Assembly (NCBI GenBank): GCA_040954595.2
Contig: CM082586.2
Location: forward strand, 3,392,349-3,456,348
DNA: 64,000 nucleotides
Origin: Balanoglossus misakiensis
Taxonomy: Eukaryota > Animalia > Hemichordata
Direction of reading: 5' to 3'
In this document: positions 1 to 12,490 of the stretch, in pieces
How positions within the stretch are numbered: position 1 is the first letter of the stretch
How the letters are laid out: each line of letters starts with the position of its first letter
Notes under the pieces: generated by a model
Seen by the model: only the letters and a program-made list of their open reading frames with translations
Told to the model about the DNA's origin: nothing
Databases searched by the model: none
Position numbers and translations under genes: made by a program

Positions 1-2920
1 TTCAAAAAGCAATAAGTGACTGATTCAGTTTAGCATTGTATTCATCCTGTCCATCGCTCGGTATTCACCATCTGAAAGGATTTGCGGGGGATAGGAAAGC
101 TCTCAATACACCCATTCGTGTAAAAGGCAAAAGAACCATAAAGTTTTGAATGCATCGTGACTTCTAGATCTGGAATTCAACCCACTTGGGTACAATACAG
201 TATTTTGTAGGCGTTGCAAGATCGAAAAATAACGAATATGAACTGGTTACTGTTCCGAGAAAATGGATGTTATTTTGCCAGGCTGTCAGATTTGCCAGAT
301 CTGAATTGAAAATCTTGCCATATTTTTGGGGAAAACTAATGCAATCAACAATTAATTTATTATGTGACACAGCTATCGTCGTTTAGTACGATACTGATTG
401 TCAAGATTCCTCCGGACTTTGAGTTAAGCGACGTGCATCAATTCTTGTGTTTGCGTGATACAATGAATGCCAATACATATTGGTCCCACCGTCGTTGCGT
501 GCGACTGTCCTCCTCCTTCGTGAAACGTGCTAAGCCATTTTCCGGATCGACAAAACGGAAAAAAATGAAAGCGATGATATGTGTTTTTACTCTAAGGTTT
601 TGAGCTTATGTACAGAATGCGTTGGTAAACAGTAAGCTGCCAAGATTATACCGAAAGCGTGGCACCAAACATCTCTGCACGACAATCGTGCTTTTTAATA
701 TCCTGCAGTCGAGTGTATTACTTCAGCATTATTGGAACACGCTATCCATGAAAATAGGATTCCAGTGGAGCTATTATGTGGATCCGTCATCTCTGATCAT
801 CTGAGATGTGTTGTGAATGGGGCAGAGTTGTTTTGAAGTGTGATGTTAACAATATTTGTATAAACACACGGTGCCCTTTGATGGTAACATCATTGAGTGC
901 CGGTAACATACGACACTTTGAGCATATGGTGTTTTTACAATGTCAGCACAGTAGTCCTGACGAAAGCAGGGGATGGTTGACGCTAGCAGGGGTTCCATTT
1001 AATAACTCTGTGTCGAATGGAAGATGCAGTCTGTGTGATGACATATCATAGTTTTTCCAAGAATCCTATAGATATGTGAACACCAAGGGAATAGGGTATA
1101 AAATAGCTAAAGGACTCAGAAATGATGGTGCATCCCTGTCCTAAGCCCTTTAGATCTCTCGTTTCCTGATGTCAATCACCAGAGTACATATGTTTCCTAC
1201 CTTACACACTTTATGCATTCTGACTTTAATGACTAAAACGGATTTAATGGGATGGACAAGAGAAATAAAGCATCGCAGTCGAGTCTGAAGAACTCTTCAC
1301 ACCAGATCTTGCACATCAAATAGATAATTCTCTTGTCGTTTCACGTTACGTCATGTCATGGCGCCATCAAGTCGAGTGTTGGGTTTCGCTTCTCAAACTC
1401 ACGCATATCATTTGAACTACTGTACTACTGTACAGCATTAAAGTTGCACTGTGCATGAAAAAGGATTCACCAACTCGCAACTTCAAAATTACACTGGAGA
1501 TGAGAAGAGACTATTTTGTACTTTGACTTATTCTGGTTTTCATTTTTTTCACTTTACCCTTTAACACTGCGGCCTTGCGGTCTGTGGCCATGATTGTGGA
1601 AAATATAAAATTGCAGTTACTTAGTTGTGGATGGCAAGGACATTTGAAAGTTCGCTATGAGTACGGCATTGTTGTCAGGGCCTATATAAGCACAGGGGTT
1701 ACAAGCTCGCTTATTATAATGCAACTACATTGTGTCCAGCTCGTCAAAGCTTCGCGTCATCTTCAGTATCTGTATTTCTATAACTTTAAGCTTTTCTTAT
1801 GTCTTCATGACTTCTGGCAAAAATTTTTGCATTTTAAAGACTCGTTACATTACCTGTGGAGAAACAGTTTAATGAAAGGATGGGATAAAAATACTAGAAC
1901 GCTGGCGAAATCGTGATAGATGAAAATAAGCATGCATGAATGAATAGAGCTGTGATAACAAAGGACTGTGTCGACATCCAAGACAAAAATCGTCAGACAA
2001 ATTAAGCGCCGCAGACTACAGCCGCTATTCATTATTAATGTAAATGCTAGATGTACGTAGGCGCAAGTTAGTGAATTATGTATTGCGTCTTGTTTCATGG
2101 TGCCGTGTGTGTGTTTGGGGGGTAAGCACGAACTCCAATTCAACCACACCTAAGCAATCTTTGAATGGATGATGTATGGAGCGTGGGAACTCAGTCTGGA
2201 GGGTATGATATTATGTCACGACATCGTCTAATGGTGTAAAAATGAGATATATCTATCGCAAAGTGAAACTGTTACAGCCTGCTTTGCGTCAACACATCAC
2301 AAAGTCACAAGAAAAATGTGTCTCTCGTGTTTGCCAAGGGAAAACAGAAAATTTGCTTTCGTAGAATTATGTAGGATTATTTCTTAGCCAAGAATTAATT
2401 TGACAACTTTTTAGATTGGGGTAGGTGTCGTGAAATTTAAATGCCTTCCTGTATGTGTTGATGGCCGGAAATTAAGATACACCAAACTGGTACATATTTC
2501 ATGTCGTGCAGCCAAGAGCACTTCATGAAAGATGATTACAACGAGTCTATGAAGCTTATATTTTTCTCAATTAATTACATGTAAATTACCTCACTTTCTT
2601 TGCCACAGTGCATCTTGATAACTGGCGAATTGTGCCGAACACATTGTTTACCCAAAAGGTACACTTTATTCCGGGGCCAACAGGAAAGTAATACAATTTT
2701 TAAATATATCTTTCAGGCCTCACCAAAGAGATTTGCAAATGGGTGAATTCGGCAGTAAACATACGCTATATTTTTATCATGGCTAAATAAGATGTCTTTG
2801 CAGTTAGAATGTATGACTCAAACACGCTGTTATGAATTGTAATTTAACTTCATAAAATTCATATGTTCCAACCGATACAACAGTTGTATTTATTTGCATA
2901 GTTCTATATATTACTTATTG

Positions 2921-2935
2921 CTCTCTCTCTCTCTC
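2921..2935. repeat. (CT)7 microsatellite in the HS1BP3-like 3' UTR, next to a minus-strand AATAAA at 2894-2889
   Basis: Read directly. TTTATT on the + strand lies ~150 nt past the stop codon and is a candidate polyadenylation signal. Confidence 0.6.
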
Positions 2936-3042
2936 ATATTTTCTTTCTGAAGGTGTATATAAGAGTAAAAGTGGTCAAACACTTTCTCAATATCTGCCTC
3001 CCACGGATTTTGGTGCAGCAGTCAGTTTTTATCCCAGATGAT

Positions 3043-3310
3043 TCAAAACAAATCCAAGGACTCATCAGTAACTGCCGTGTTCTCTTGGATGTATTTAAGA
3101 ATATCATCTTGCCCAAGATCACCTGCAGCATCACCTGTTGCCATGGCAAAGAGATCATCTTCATCACTTGTTGCCTTTTGCTCTTTCTTGGGTGACGGTT
3201 TTGGCGGTGGCGTCGGCTTTGGTGACGTCTTGGGTTTGGGTTTCGTCTTGGGTTTGGGTTTCTCATGCCCAGTACTGATCTGTAACAGCTTATCCAAGTC
3301 ATCATCAATG
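3043..3310 (-). CDS. HS1BP3: Terminal coding exon of an HS1BP3-like protein (HCLS1-binding protein 3)
   Basis: Acceptor ttcccottcattcctag-type pyrimidine tract ending TAG at 3313-3311, phase 2. It encodes IDDDLDKLLQI, a Pro/Lys-rich KPKPKTKPKPK stretch, and DDILKYIQENTAVTDESLDLF*. This resembles the human HS1BP3 C-terminus as recalled (VEEDLDQILNL...KPKPQLKPKP...MDILQYIQ...SLF*). Recognised from memory, not from a search. Confidence 0.8.
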
Positions 3311-3374
3311 CTAGGAATGAAGGGGAAATTTCCACCATCAAACTACATGATATGAGTGACATTTTGAAGCGCTT

Positions 3375-3678
3375 TTAAAGGGAGAAGGTCGTCTAAACTG
3401 CACATGTGCGACTTTTTGTGTATATAAACACACCATCAGCATTGTTCTTACCAGTCAGGGAGACAGTGTCAGCCAATACATGTTGTACCAAAGTAACTTG
3501 TAATAAAAAGTAACAACACATTGTTTGCCATGATATGCAGTAATACAAAGTAACAACTATATTGTTTGAAATGATGTACATTGTAGAAGTTAAACTTGAG
3601 ACCACTTCGACTTGCTAGCAACTGTGTCGTATGGGACCCATACCCGCAGCCGCAGATGTGACGACACCCACCCTTTAA
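3375..3678. mobile_element. ~300-bp TTAA-flanked MITE (Kolobok/piggyBac-type non-autonomous DNA transposon) in the last HS1BP3 intron
   Basis: The left end reads TTAA AGGGAGAAGGTCGTCTAAACTGC and the reverse complement of the right end reads TTAA AGGGTGGGTGTCGTCACATCTGC. These are degenerate terminal inverted repeats with TTAA on both sides. Confidence 0.62.
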
Positions 3679-3750
3679 GGTAGAATGTGTCTCAGGGACA
3701 GATTTACAGAGATATGTTAGTCCTCCAAACCTTATAACTCTTTGCTATTT
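3675..3750 (+). mobile_element. Probable end of a second TTAA-associated element sharing the TTAA
   Basis: TTAAGGTAGAATGTGTCTCAGGGACAGA starts at the same TTAA. No partner end was found in the window. Confidence 0.3.
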
Positions 3751-3775
3751 GTGTGTATGTGTGTAATGTACTCAC

Positions 3776-3914
3776 TTCAGTAACTGTGCTGTATCTTCTT
3801 CCTCTTGTGTCTGTTTGTCTTCTGTCTCCGCTTCTCGAGGCACGAATAAACCTTCATCTTTCATCGTTGGCCCCATCTCTAAATCCTGCTCTTCAAACAA
3901 CAGTGCTGATCCCT
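3776..3914 (-). CDS. HS1BP3: Penultimate coding exon of the HS1BP3-like gene
   Basis: Acceptor ttttcttcatcag|AG (phase 1) and donor CTG AA|GTGAGT (phase 2). AA+C forms Asn, in frame with the 3310 exon. It encodes EGSALLFEEQDLEMG...EEEDTAQLL, comparable to the recalled HS1BP3 KLFDDPDLGG...DASKELF. Confidence 0.78.
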
Positions 3915-4519
3915 CTGATGAAGAAAATAGCACACAGAAACATTTACATGCATAGACTTGATTATACAGGTACACCAAGCCATCAGATGAAAAAATAATA
4001 CACACCGAACTGGAGTTATATGCCCTTAAGTTATAATCTTACCGCACATCACTTTTTTATAAGAACACAATGACTATATCCCTTCATTATCAATTACTCA
4101 TCAATACCATATCAAATCAATTGGCTGGAAGCGACAGCTGTTTGTAGGTGTGCAGCATCTCAAGGACTTGTCTTTAAAGATATTACTTGTTTACGATATT
4201 TCTGGCTGATTGAACCAGCAGATAGGTCAGATTATTGCACAGTGCGTGTCTATGTTAAAATGTACATTATGTCTTAGGCTGATCAATAAAGAGTTGACGG
4301 TTTCACCAAAGGATTCAAATTGCTGAGCAACAGTCTCTGATATAACCAGCCATTGAAAACAATGGAACAGTAAGATTTTGCAATAGTGTAGGTTTGTAAT
4401 GTTGCCGGCGATAGTAACCCATGCACGGTTTGAATCCTTCAGTTTTAAAAGACACTAATATGCTGCAGTCATACTCGCAAATGTTCAGAGGGACAGAACT
4501 GAATCCCAATTATTAGAAA

Positions 4520-4540
4520 TACATACATACATACATACAT
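4520..4540. repeat. (TACA)5 microsatellite
   Basis: Read directly from the sequence. Confidence 0.9.
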
Positions 4541-5370
4541 CTACTACATGTACAGTCCCAATGGTATATAAACAATACCAAATGGGACCTAACAAACACC
4601 ACTACAACAGACAGTCAATGGTGTAGTCAACTTTAATTCTGTGACCTGGCTTATATTCTAACATCGATTCGTCTAATAATATTTCACAGTTCTGGTTTAA
4701 ATATTTGAGATTTATAATAACAGTAAAATACTGATAATAAATAACAACTGGACATCACTAAAATAGCAAATTCACAAGCCTTACAAACAGGCGAGTCAAC
4801 TTGATTTTGCTATGTACACATCCTCGCAAGTTAAAGCTACAATGCCAAAAATGAGCAAAAAATACATCATTCAAACTTGAAAATATACAAATGACAGTAA
4901 ATATTAATATCATAAATAAGTTAAAAATACATTTTCATTGGATTTGATTATTTATGTACAGGATACACTCAGTGTTTCCATAACTACAATTGTTAATGAC
5001 ACAGTCACGTCTCGATAAAATGTTTCTGAAGAAAATGTCATCTTTGATCTATGGTATATTTTAAAAGATGATGTCATTCAATGTTCTTTGCCATGAAGGC
5101 ACTCTTTCATAGAATTTTCCACTTAAAATTATCACTGGCCTGAAAGGAAAAAAAATTGTACAATATTCTCAGTTACATGGAAACAACGCCGGATATGTGA
5201 ACCAATCTGGCAGTCGACATGCCCTTTTGAACGATACCTACAACTCTTTATGCTGGTTTACAAGGAGTTTAGAAGGAGGTCAAAAGTGCTGTTTCTGGAG
5301 TGACTGTTCAGTAATATTGTCATTTCATTTCATAAATGAAACATGTGGTAGTATGGGTAGTTGATGGGAT

Positions 5371-5454
5371 TTTCCAGAACTTTCAAGCACACTCCGGGAG
5401 TGGTTAACAAAATTCCAGACCTTTCCAGAATTTTCCAGTACAGCGTGAACCCTG
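5371..5454 (+). repeat. Degenerate dispersed repeat with TTTTCCAG(G/A) units
   Basis: Clusters of TTTCCAGR recur here and at ~17231-17330, ~30500-30580, ~36200-36230 and ~38245-38370, all in the same orientation. Confidence 0.5.
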
Positions 5455-5662
5455 TTCATATGTGAACACATAGACAACTAGCGTGCAGAGTCAGTCACCA
5501 AACCAGTGCTTTTTTCTATATTTGTACTCAAAGAAGGATAGCAGTTCCTTTGTGAAAGTGGTCGTTATATCGTAAGTGCCATCATACGTTATACCAAGTA
5601 AGTTTGGTGACTGACACTTAAGCACATACCACTTTACATGTGAAAGAAAATAGAAGACTCAC

Positions 5663-5680
5663 CAGATGGCACAAGATCTA
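5663..5680 (-). CDS. Candidate 18-nt microexon (xDLVPS), probably of the HS1BP3-like gene
   Basis: tcttgtcttgtcacag|TAGATCTTGTGCCATCTG|gtgagt has a consensus acceptor and donor, preserves frame, and is open in phase 1, matching the 3914 acceptor. A NAGNAG (CAGTAG) would allow a 15-nt form. Confidence 0.4.
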
Positions 5681-6219
5681 CTGTGACAAGACAAGATTCA
5701 CACGTACAAAAAATTCAGTACTTATAACAGTGTACCCCAGCAAAAACAATCTTTCTTAAATATTTTTTTTTCAAAATACTAATGACACCCGCTTACACAG
5801 ATTTACATAACATGACCTTCACCCAAAAGAACAAGATGAAAATATGTGAAAAAAACACTGACAAAAATACAAGTATAAAACCACTTCAAAGCATATACTT
5901 TTCCTGCATGTGAGAATAAATATAACCATGGTAAGATATGCATTCAAGATTGCAAATGACAGTATGAGAGAATGAGTACATCTGGCCAGCATGTCATTCA
6001 CCGCTTCTCGCATCATACCTATACACCTCAATGTAAAAAAGTTCGTGTGGCACTTTAGAAAAACTCTATCTCAGTCAAGTCACTTAAAAACCCAGCTGGG
6101 CCCTGGATTATCTGGATCTTACAAATTCCCTCACAGTTTTAGAGAACCGATAAAATCCCCTGTTGAACTTTTGACCTCTTTATAAGACTGCTGGGACGTT
6201 TCTAGGATAATTAATGACT

Positions 6220-6520
6220 CCATGGACTTGTAGTAGACAAAAGGATTTCAGTAAAACCTTGGATTTCCCAAATGGGATTTGTCTGGAGCCCTAGATTTCT
6301 CCACTTGGAGTTGTACATGATCTTATATTTTCCACACTGAGCCTTCTAGAGTCATGTCTATATAATTCACCACTGGATGTTCTGTAGCTTTAGATTTCCA
6401 AGTGGTATATCTATAGGGTCGTGGATTTTCCCACAGGGATATCAAAATTAATTCTTATTTTCCCTGTGGGCCTTCCTATGGAGCCATGGATTTCCCCCGT
6501 GGATTAATTTCCCTAGAGTC
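6220..6520. repeat. Decayed minisatellite, period ~31-35 bp
   Basis: About 8 units of the form T(G/A)GATTT(T/C)CC-N3-5-TGG...(T/C)AGAG(T/C)C, for example ttggatttcccaaatggg, tagatttctccacttgg, tagatttccaagtgg, tggattttcccacaggg and tggatttcccccgtgg. Confidence 0.55.
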
Positions 6521-9347
6521 TGAAGCCAGGTGTCAGGAACACCATAGGTCTGTCAGTATACCGATAGCTGCTGTCTGGACCAGTCTCTTTATTATCAGTC
6601 ACTTGTCCATCTCTGTGTTTTAAAGTCACAAAGTAACTTCAGCTGCTGTATTGCAATCTATATATTTTGTCATCAATTCGTCATTAAACTATCTAACAAA
6701 TGTTAAACATTCTTTAATCAGGTGGAACATACACTAAATCACTTTGTAAATGTAATTGCTTCATATTGTTGGATGGCTATTACTCAGTTAACATCAACAT
6801 TGCACTCTTTAAACTATCAATAAACATGTGGACAAAGCACCACATATTTATCTCAGAATGTGCTCTGTAAAATTGGGTTCAACATCAAAACTTATTTTAG
6901 TGAAGCCATTATATGACACCTAATGACAAGATTTTACACTGCATGCTGTCAGTATGTCTTCAGAGAGAAGACAAGTGGCTTTCACATCCCATGAATTGAG
7001 GACAGAAAGGAAAATATAATACTACAACTGGAACTAAATTTTTTAATGTGCCTGTACAGTCACTGATGAATAATGAATTCGTTGAATGAAAGTTTACATA
7101 CAAGTAAATAATCTATGAACTAATAGCAATGCTGTCCACTTAAATGTTTCACAAGGAGAAGTGACTGTTACAACATATGATTTGTCTTTGCACATATTTA
7201 GACAAATATATACATCATGGGTAACTGATATTATTATATTCAATTATTATCTTCAGACTATTCTTTGCTGTTGCTCTCATGTTTTGTGATTAAGTGGTCA
7301 TCATAATAGAGTCAATGATGTTATCTACTCACTTAAAATATGCCTACACGAAAAATGCACCTTTTAATAATTTTTAAGATGAAATTTGCAAGTTCTGTAA
7401 GATCTCCAAGACTTTAAACAAATCTTGGACATCATTTTGAAATTCTTTAGATGAAAAGTCTCTAAATTAAACATTTTGAATGTTTTTCCTCTAAGTTTTA
7501 AAAGAGACGATATAACATATTGCAGAACTGAGAGTTGGAAATTATTCGCTATGTGGAGGCACTTTGAACAAATCAGGTTAACAGTTTGTGGCAGTTGTTT
7601 TCAGTTTACAACATTGGTGAGTTTTGTTCTCTTGTCCAAGATTATGTAAGTCAAACCAGAGAGGTCAAGTTAACACAAGAAAACCAGTTTTAAATGTATA
7701 CACTAAATGTAAGTGAAAATATGTAAGTTTTAAGTTTGAACATAGTTGTTGGATACTTAGAAGAAAAATGTAAACTGCCAATGTCTATCAAGAGACATTT
7801 ATAAGGGAAATCTATAGGTTTATCTATTCTTATCCACATTGTGATTATGTATATATGTAAATTGCAAAGAAAATTACCATAGTTTGAGACTATGGAATTA
7901 AATGTTTTTGAACATTGTGCTCGTGGAAACAGCAAGCAATGGATAGTTTGTGTTCTGACATCACTTGCTGAACTGGTGCACAAACTGCACCAACTTCATT
8001 TCACTGACACACCAAGTAGCACATTTAAGTGCCCAATGCTGATGTGGTATGCAAATGACCGAATATTTAAAACGTCACCAGTAGACACAAGCACAATACT
8101 TGGTACGTCTTTCAGAAAGTAACACCTATGTACAATGTGGATATTTAAACTTCTCAAAATTGTAATATACATGACCTTTCACCATCAGACATAAGTGTGT
8201 TTGCCATTAAAACATATGATTAAAATTGATCAGCAATTGATTATGTCTGTTATCAATACATACAGAACTTTTCAACTGACTGGTTTATTTGTAAACTAAT
8301 AATATGATGTGGGAAATATTGAAGAAGGCACTAAAATGAACAGAACACTTAATTAAGAAACGGTAGTGTCCAGCTTCAGTTGACACCAGTCCGGTAGTGG
8401 CGCTATGGTTTTCCCCCAAAGTTCACCGTCTCCGTGGTTTGCAAGGGCTGCTGGGTACGGTACAATACATGCGGGTAGCTGCATGGAAGTCAACACGATC
8501 AGTCAACTGCGGGCGCATGCAAGAAACAAAAAAAGTAGAGAAGTTGTCTGTAAGCTGGTGAAAATAAATTGTGGACTACTACACACATGTACATGAACAA
8601 CAACATCGAAAAAAGAGGGTACAAAAGCATCACCAGGTGAATTTTTAAGTCACTCATAATAATTAAAGGATTTCCCGGAATTTGGGGCGGCTTAATTTTT
8701 CAGGGATATTAGAGGTCAAAGTACTGTTTTCCGGTAAAGCTTATTTTGCTGCTTTGTTAATGATGCCAAATACTCTCATGGAATTAACATTTCCTGATAC
8801 ACGAGTCACCTGATCATTTAACAAATTTTATGAACTCGTATATCATTTCTAGGAATTAGAGTTTGAGTAGTACATCTAATCTCTCCAAGTTGAGGACTTA
8901 GTAGGATTGGTTGAACATTTCTAGGACATTCAAAGTACAGTTGTACATGAACGCTTTCCCTAGTTTGTGTCTTTTGTATGCCATAAAAATGTACGTACTG
9001 GAAAATCATCCCCTGTTGGTGCTTTTGCTGAAGTGCAGTTGTAGCAATGACTCAATGTGCATATGTAAAAACTCCTGAAAAAATTTTCAAACTCCGACAA
9101 CACAATCACAACATGCAAAGGAAAATTCAAAATTTTGGACAGGGAAGGCAAATATATATGGAATGTGAATGTACTCCTTATCATCTGTGTATCAAACAAC
9201 AGTGAGTAATACACGTATTGCTTTTGCTCTTGGGAAATTCCTGTTTGTTAACATGGATGTTGTGGGTTCATTGGCCACCAAGTCACACAATTAAGATTCT
9301 GAACAACATCCTGAATGAAACTGGTCCCCTAATGCTGAAAACATTAT

Positions 9348-9373
9348 CAAAAGTTACAGCTACTGTTCTTTAA
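9348..9373 (-). mobile_element. Solo TIR-like end TTAAAG(G/A)ACAGTAGCTGTAACTTT, a dispersed family
   Basis: The reverse complement is TTAAAGAACAGTAGCTGTAACTTT. Related copies lie at ~13335 (TTAAAGGGACAGTGGCTGT), ~45945-45966 (rc TTAAAGGGGCAGTTAGCTGT), ~52424 (TTAAAGCGCCACTAGTTGTAACTTTT) and ~15502. Confidence 0.5.
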
Positions 9374-12191
9374 TGTGTTGCTTTATTTGTATTACTTTCC
9401 CAGATTAAGCGATCTGACACCCCATTTTCTTCTGATTTTGAAAGAGAATGGTTATGCTTCCAAGGACACTCTTTGAACATCTTGAAAGTATATTTTGTCA
9501 CGTACTTACAGAAAGTACCCATACACACGAAATAACAAAAATCTGTTTTGCTGCATACTGCTTTAATGCATCAAAACTATGAATATGTATGAAGATTATC
9601 CTTCTATCAGGATGTAAAGAAACTGCATTGAATTTGAGTGATGTATGGTGTACGTGATATAGCTGTCATATTTGCAGATTGATGGGGGTTTGGATGCAAA
9701 CAAACAAGAAAGGGGTATTGTGTATAGTGTTGTATTTCAGATCCCATGTCTGAACAACATCTTGAAAATTTGATATACTCTGGGATTTTCTGGTGAAATT
9801 GTCCCTTATTGCTGTTTGCATTAAGAAAGCCTTACTAAATGGCAATTAAAGAGTGTGGACTATCCTTACAAAGTTTAGAGAGAGCTCCATAACTTGTAGT
9901 TCAAAACAGCTGGTCATTTAAGGCGCAAACTAAGAATTTATGATGACCTCAACCCCGGAACATAAGCGTTTACCGATCATACTGGGAGGGGTTACACTGA
10001 AAGAGATTTCACTGAAAATCCTTTAATCATGCAAGCTGTAGAAGCCATTAAGTAGAGTCCGTACTTCACTGGTTGAACAATGGTTGCACAGATGTTGCGA
10101 GTATCCCCAAATCTCTGTGCAATGGCTTTTCTTGTTTACCCACACCTGGGCAATCTCTTCGGTGTATTTGGAGAGTTTTAGGCCATCAGAAATTATGGGA
10201 TAGTCAATTCTCTGCAGACGATAACTCATTTGTATGTCCCCAAATGTCAGGTATAAAACTCGTGTGGGCTAAAGAGTTTAACAGAAATGGATCTTGCCAT
10301 TTCAAAATTGTCACAAGAAGGGCCAAAGGTTCTGTCTTGTGACTGTAAATTAACCCTCAGTTCTGATCAGTTTTCCATTAGTTTGTTTTTTGCGTAAAAT
10401 GCTGTTAACTTTTCATCTCGTAGAAGTCCCCAGATCTACAAATTTACAAGGATCAGCAATTTTGTAAAAGTTAAAATAGATCTACCTTAGATATGGACTT
10501 GTGTGCTAAAGAGGTAATTGCTCTTAATATATTTGGACTGGGCGTGTTGAGCTAATACTCTGGTTTGTTCATATTTGACAGCAAAGTATCCTATTCATCA
10601 AAGTCAGCCCATTTAAAACGTGTCCAAGTTCCACTCTCATGTAACACGTATGCTGTGCAGTGGGTTCAAAGCAATATGCTGCTTTCTTTGTGAACTGGAC
10701 GATATCTTGTGAAAGGTTCATACCCCAAGGACTTTATCTTCAAATTACAAAAATCTCCTGAAGCACTGAGGAAATAATTATACCTTGTGTACAAGTTCGC
10801 GGTTTTAATTAACATCTACTATTATTTTAATAAGATTTTATTTTGCCTTGATGGAAAAGCCAAGTCATGTGTAAGAACTACTTTAATACAAACAGCTAGA
10901 CTGAGTTGTTTCCTCAGAGGGGTAAATCAGATCTCATCATCAGACATGCAAAGGTTACTTCTGTCTGTTTTTTTATTATAATTTGCCCGTGTAAAACCAT
11001 TTTGAGAAGAAACATATATTGCGGGAAGCCTTAAGTATATAATGATAGGTGTGAAATGTAATTATGTATACTTGGCGTCAAAAATGAAGATAAATCTCAT
11101 AACTGGAGATAAGTTTTTCTCATCTGAAATAAATCTCACACTATTCACTTATAGATTTATATAGAATGTACGACCAAGTCATCAACATCTCCACATGGGA
11201 GGGACTTGATCCCAAAGAAAATCCTTAAGTTTTGATATGTAGGTTTCAAATCTGGCAAAGTTTTATCAATCTCATGTTACCTGTGACATTTAGAAAAATA
11301 TAGGAATAGGCATTTGGTAACCTTACTAAGTAAGGCTTGGGAATTTGTGTGATGTCACAGCTCAGGTAGACTGTAATCTTATCTTTCAATCAAGATTACG
11401 ATAGTGACGGTATAGCAGCTGAGTCTATTTCCACAATTATGATATTTTACACCTAATGGCTTCCTACAGGCATGGCGCGTAACCATTGACAAGGGCAAGA
11501 AAACACTGTATTTCTTCATTTTCTTCCCGACAAAGGGTTCAAAATTCCCTGATTACAGCGTCAGGCAGGCACGATTTATTCAAAAAGAACCCACCCTTCA
11601 GGAGGCAAAGTGTATTGGATTTCAAATCACTGTCTCAAACTTATCTGACACTCAGAAAATATTGTCTCACTGCAGGGGGAGGAATTCCGATAGCAGATAA
11701 CATTCACATTCGGCAATTTTCCCCTTTTCCGTAAATTTTGTGAGATAGTGAGTGATGGCAAATTGAAAACCCTGAGGGGGTTTGGTTTGGAAATGGTTGG
11801 AAACCTAGAGAGGCTTTAAATCTTTCATGTTACATAGATGACTGAGATAGAGTTTTAACTTTGTACCACACATATAAGACCGCCTAAGCTATGTCATAAA
11901 AATAGTGCTCTGTTCAAACCAGAGGTATACATGATAGTTTTAATACTGTTGAGGGATTGAGTATTGCTTTTGGAAATCTCTGATATAATATGATTAAATT
12001 TCTTTGTTTTGATAAAATTTGAATTCCAAGACTTTGCATAGGGGTATAAAAACGGCAGATTATAATTTACCTCTGCCATGTTAAGAAGCCTCAAAAAACA
12101 TGGCAGCATATTGCTGATTGCTAATGAAGTTAGGAGGTCTGTAAACTTATATGTAACAAATTTAAAGATGTACAGAAATGATACCTTAGGC

Positions 12192-12490
12192 TCACAAAGA
12201 AGTGGTCCTGGATGCCATGCTGTGGCCGTTTGTGTACTCTATGTTGGGTTTCTCCAACCAGCACGGGCACAATGTCTTCTTGAAAGCCACACGGAACCTC
12301 CTGGACATCAGGTTGTACAGGAGCGGGTTGATGGTCGAACTCAGGTAGAAGAGCACCAGTGATATATGGTAGAGATATTTGCCGTAGATGTTGCGCAGGT
12401 ACTGTGGCCAGGAGTGGTAGTTCAGGTTCGGCATCAGCCGGATGACGTGGAACGGGAACCAACATACAGCAAAACACAGTGCAATGATAC
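12192..12490 (-). CDS. Coding exon 2 (TM6, TM7, helix 8, C-tail) of the same GPCR
   Basis: The acceptor ttttttacag|GT ATC ATT (AG at 12492-12491) is phase 1 and matches exon 1, giving KMLG-IIALCFAVCWFPFHVIR. It carries CWxP, LFYLSSTINPLLYNLMSRRFR (NPxxY) and a C-tail CPC (possible palmitoylation). TGA is at 12194-12192. The joined CDS is 1003+299=1302 nt (433 aa). Confidence 0.93.

Noticed and set aside
2934-3362. 142-aa minus ORF with RNPNPR repeats, and plus-strand Gly/Phe-rich ORFs
   Set aside because: They are frame shadows of the KPKP-encoding HS1BP3-like exon.
6002-6018. 17-nt microexon-like segment (tatag|...|gtgaat)
   Set aside because: The pyrimidine tract and donor are weak, and it is not frame-preserving.
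10575-10760. Minus-strand QDIVQF resembling the HS1BP3 PX motif EDVVQF
   Set aside because: There is an in-frame stop a few codons upstream and no further similarity on either side.
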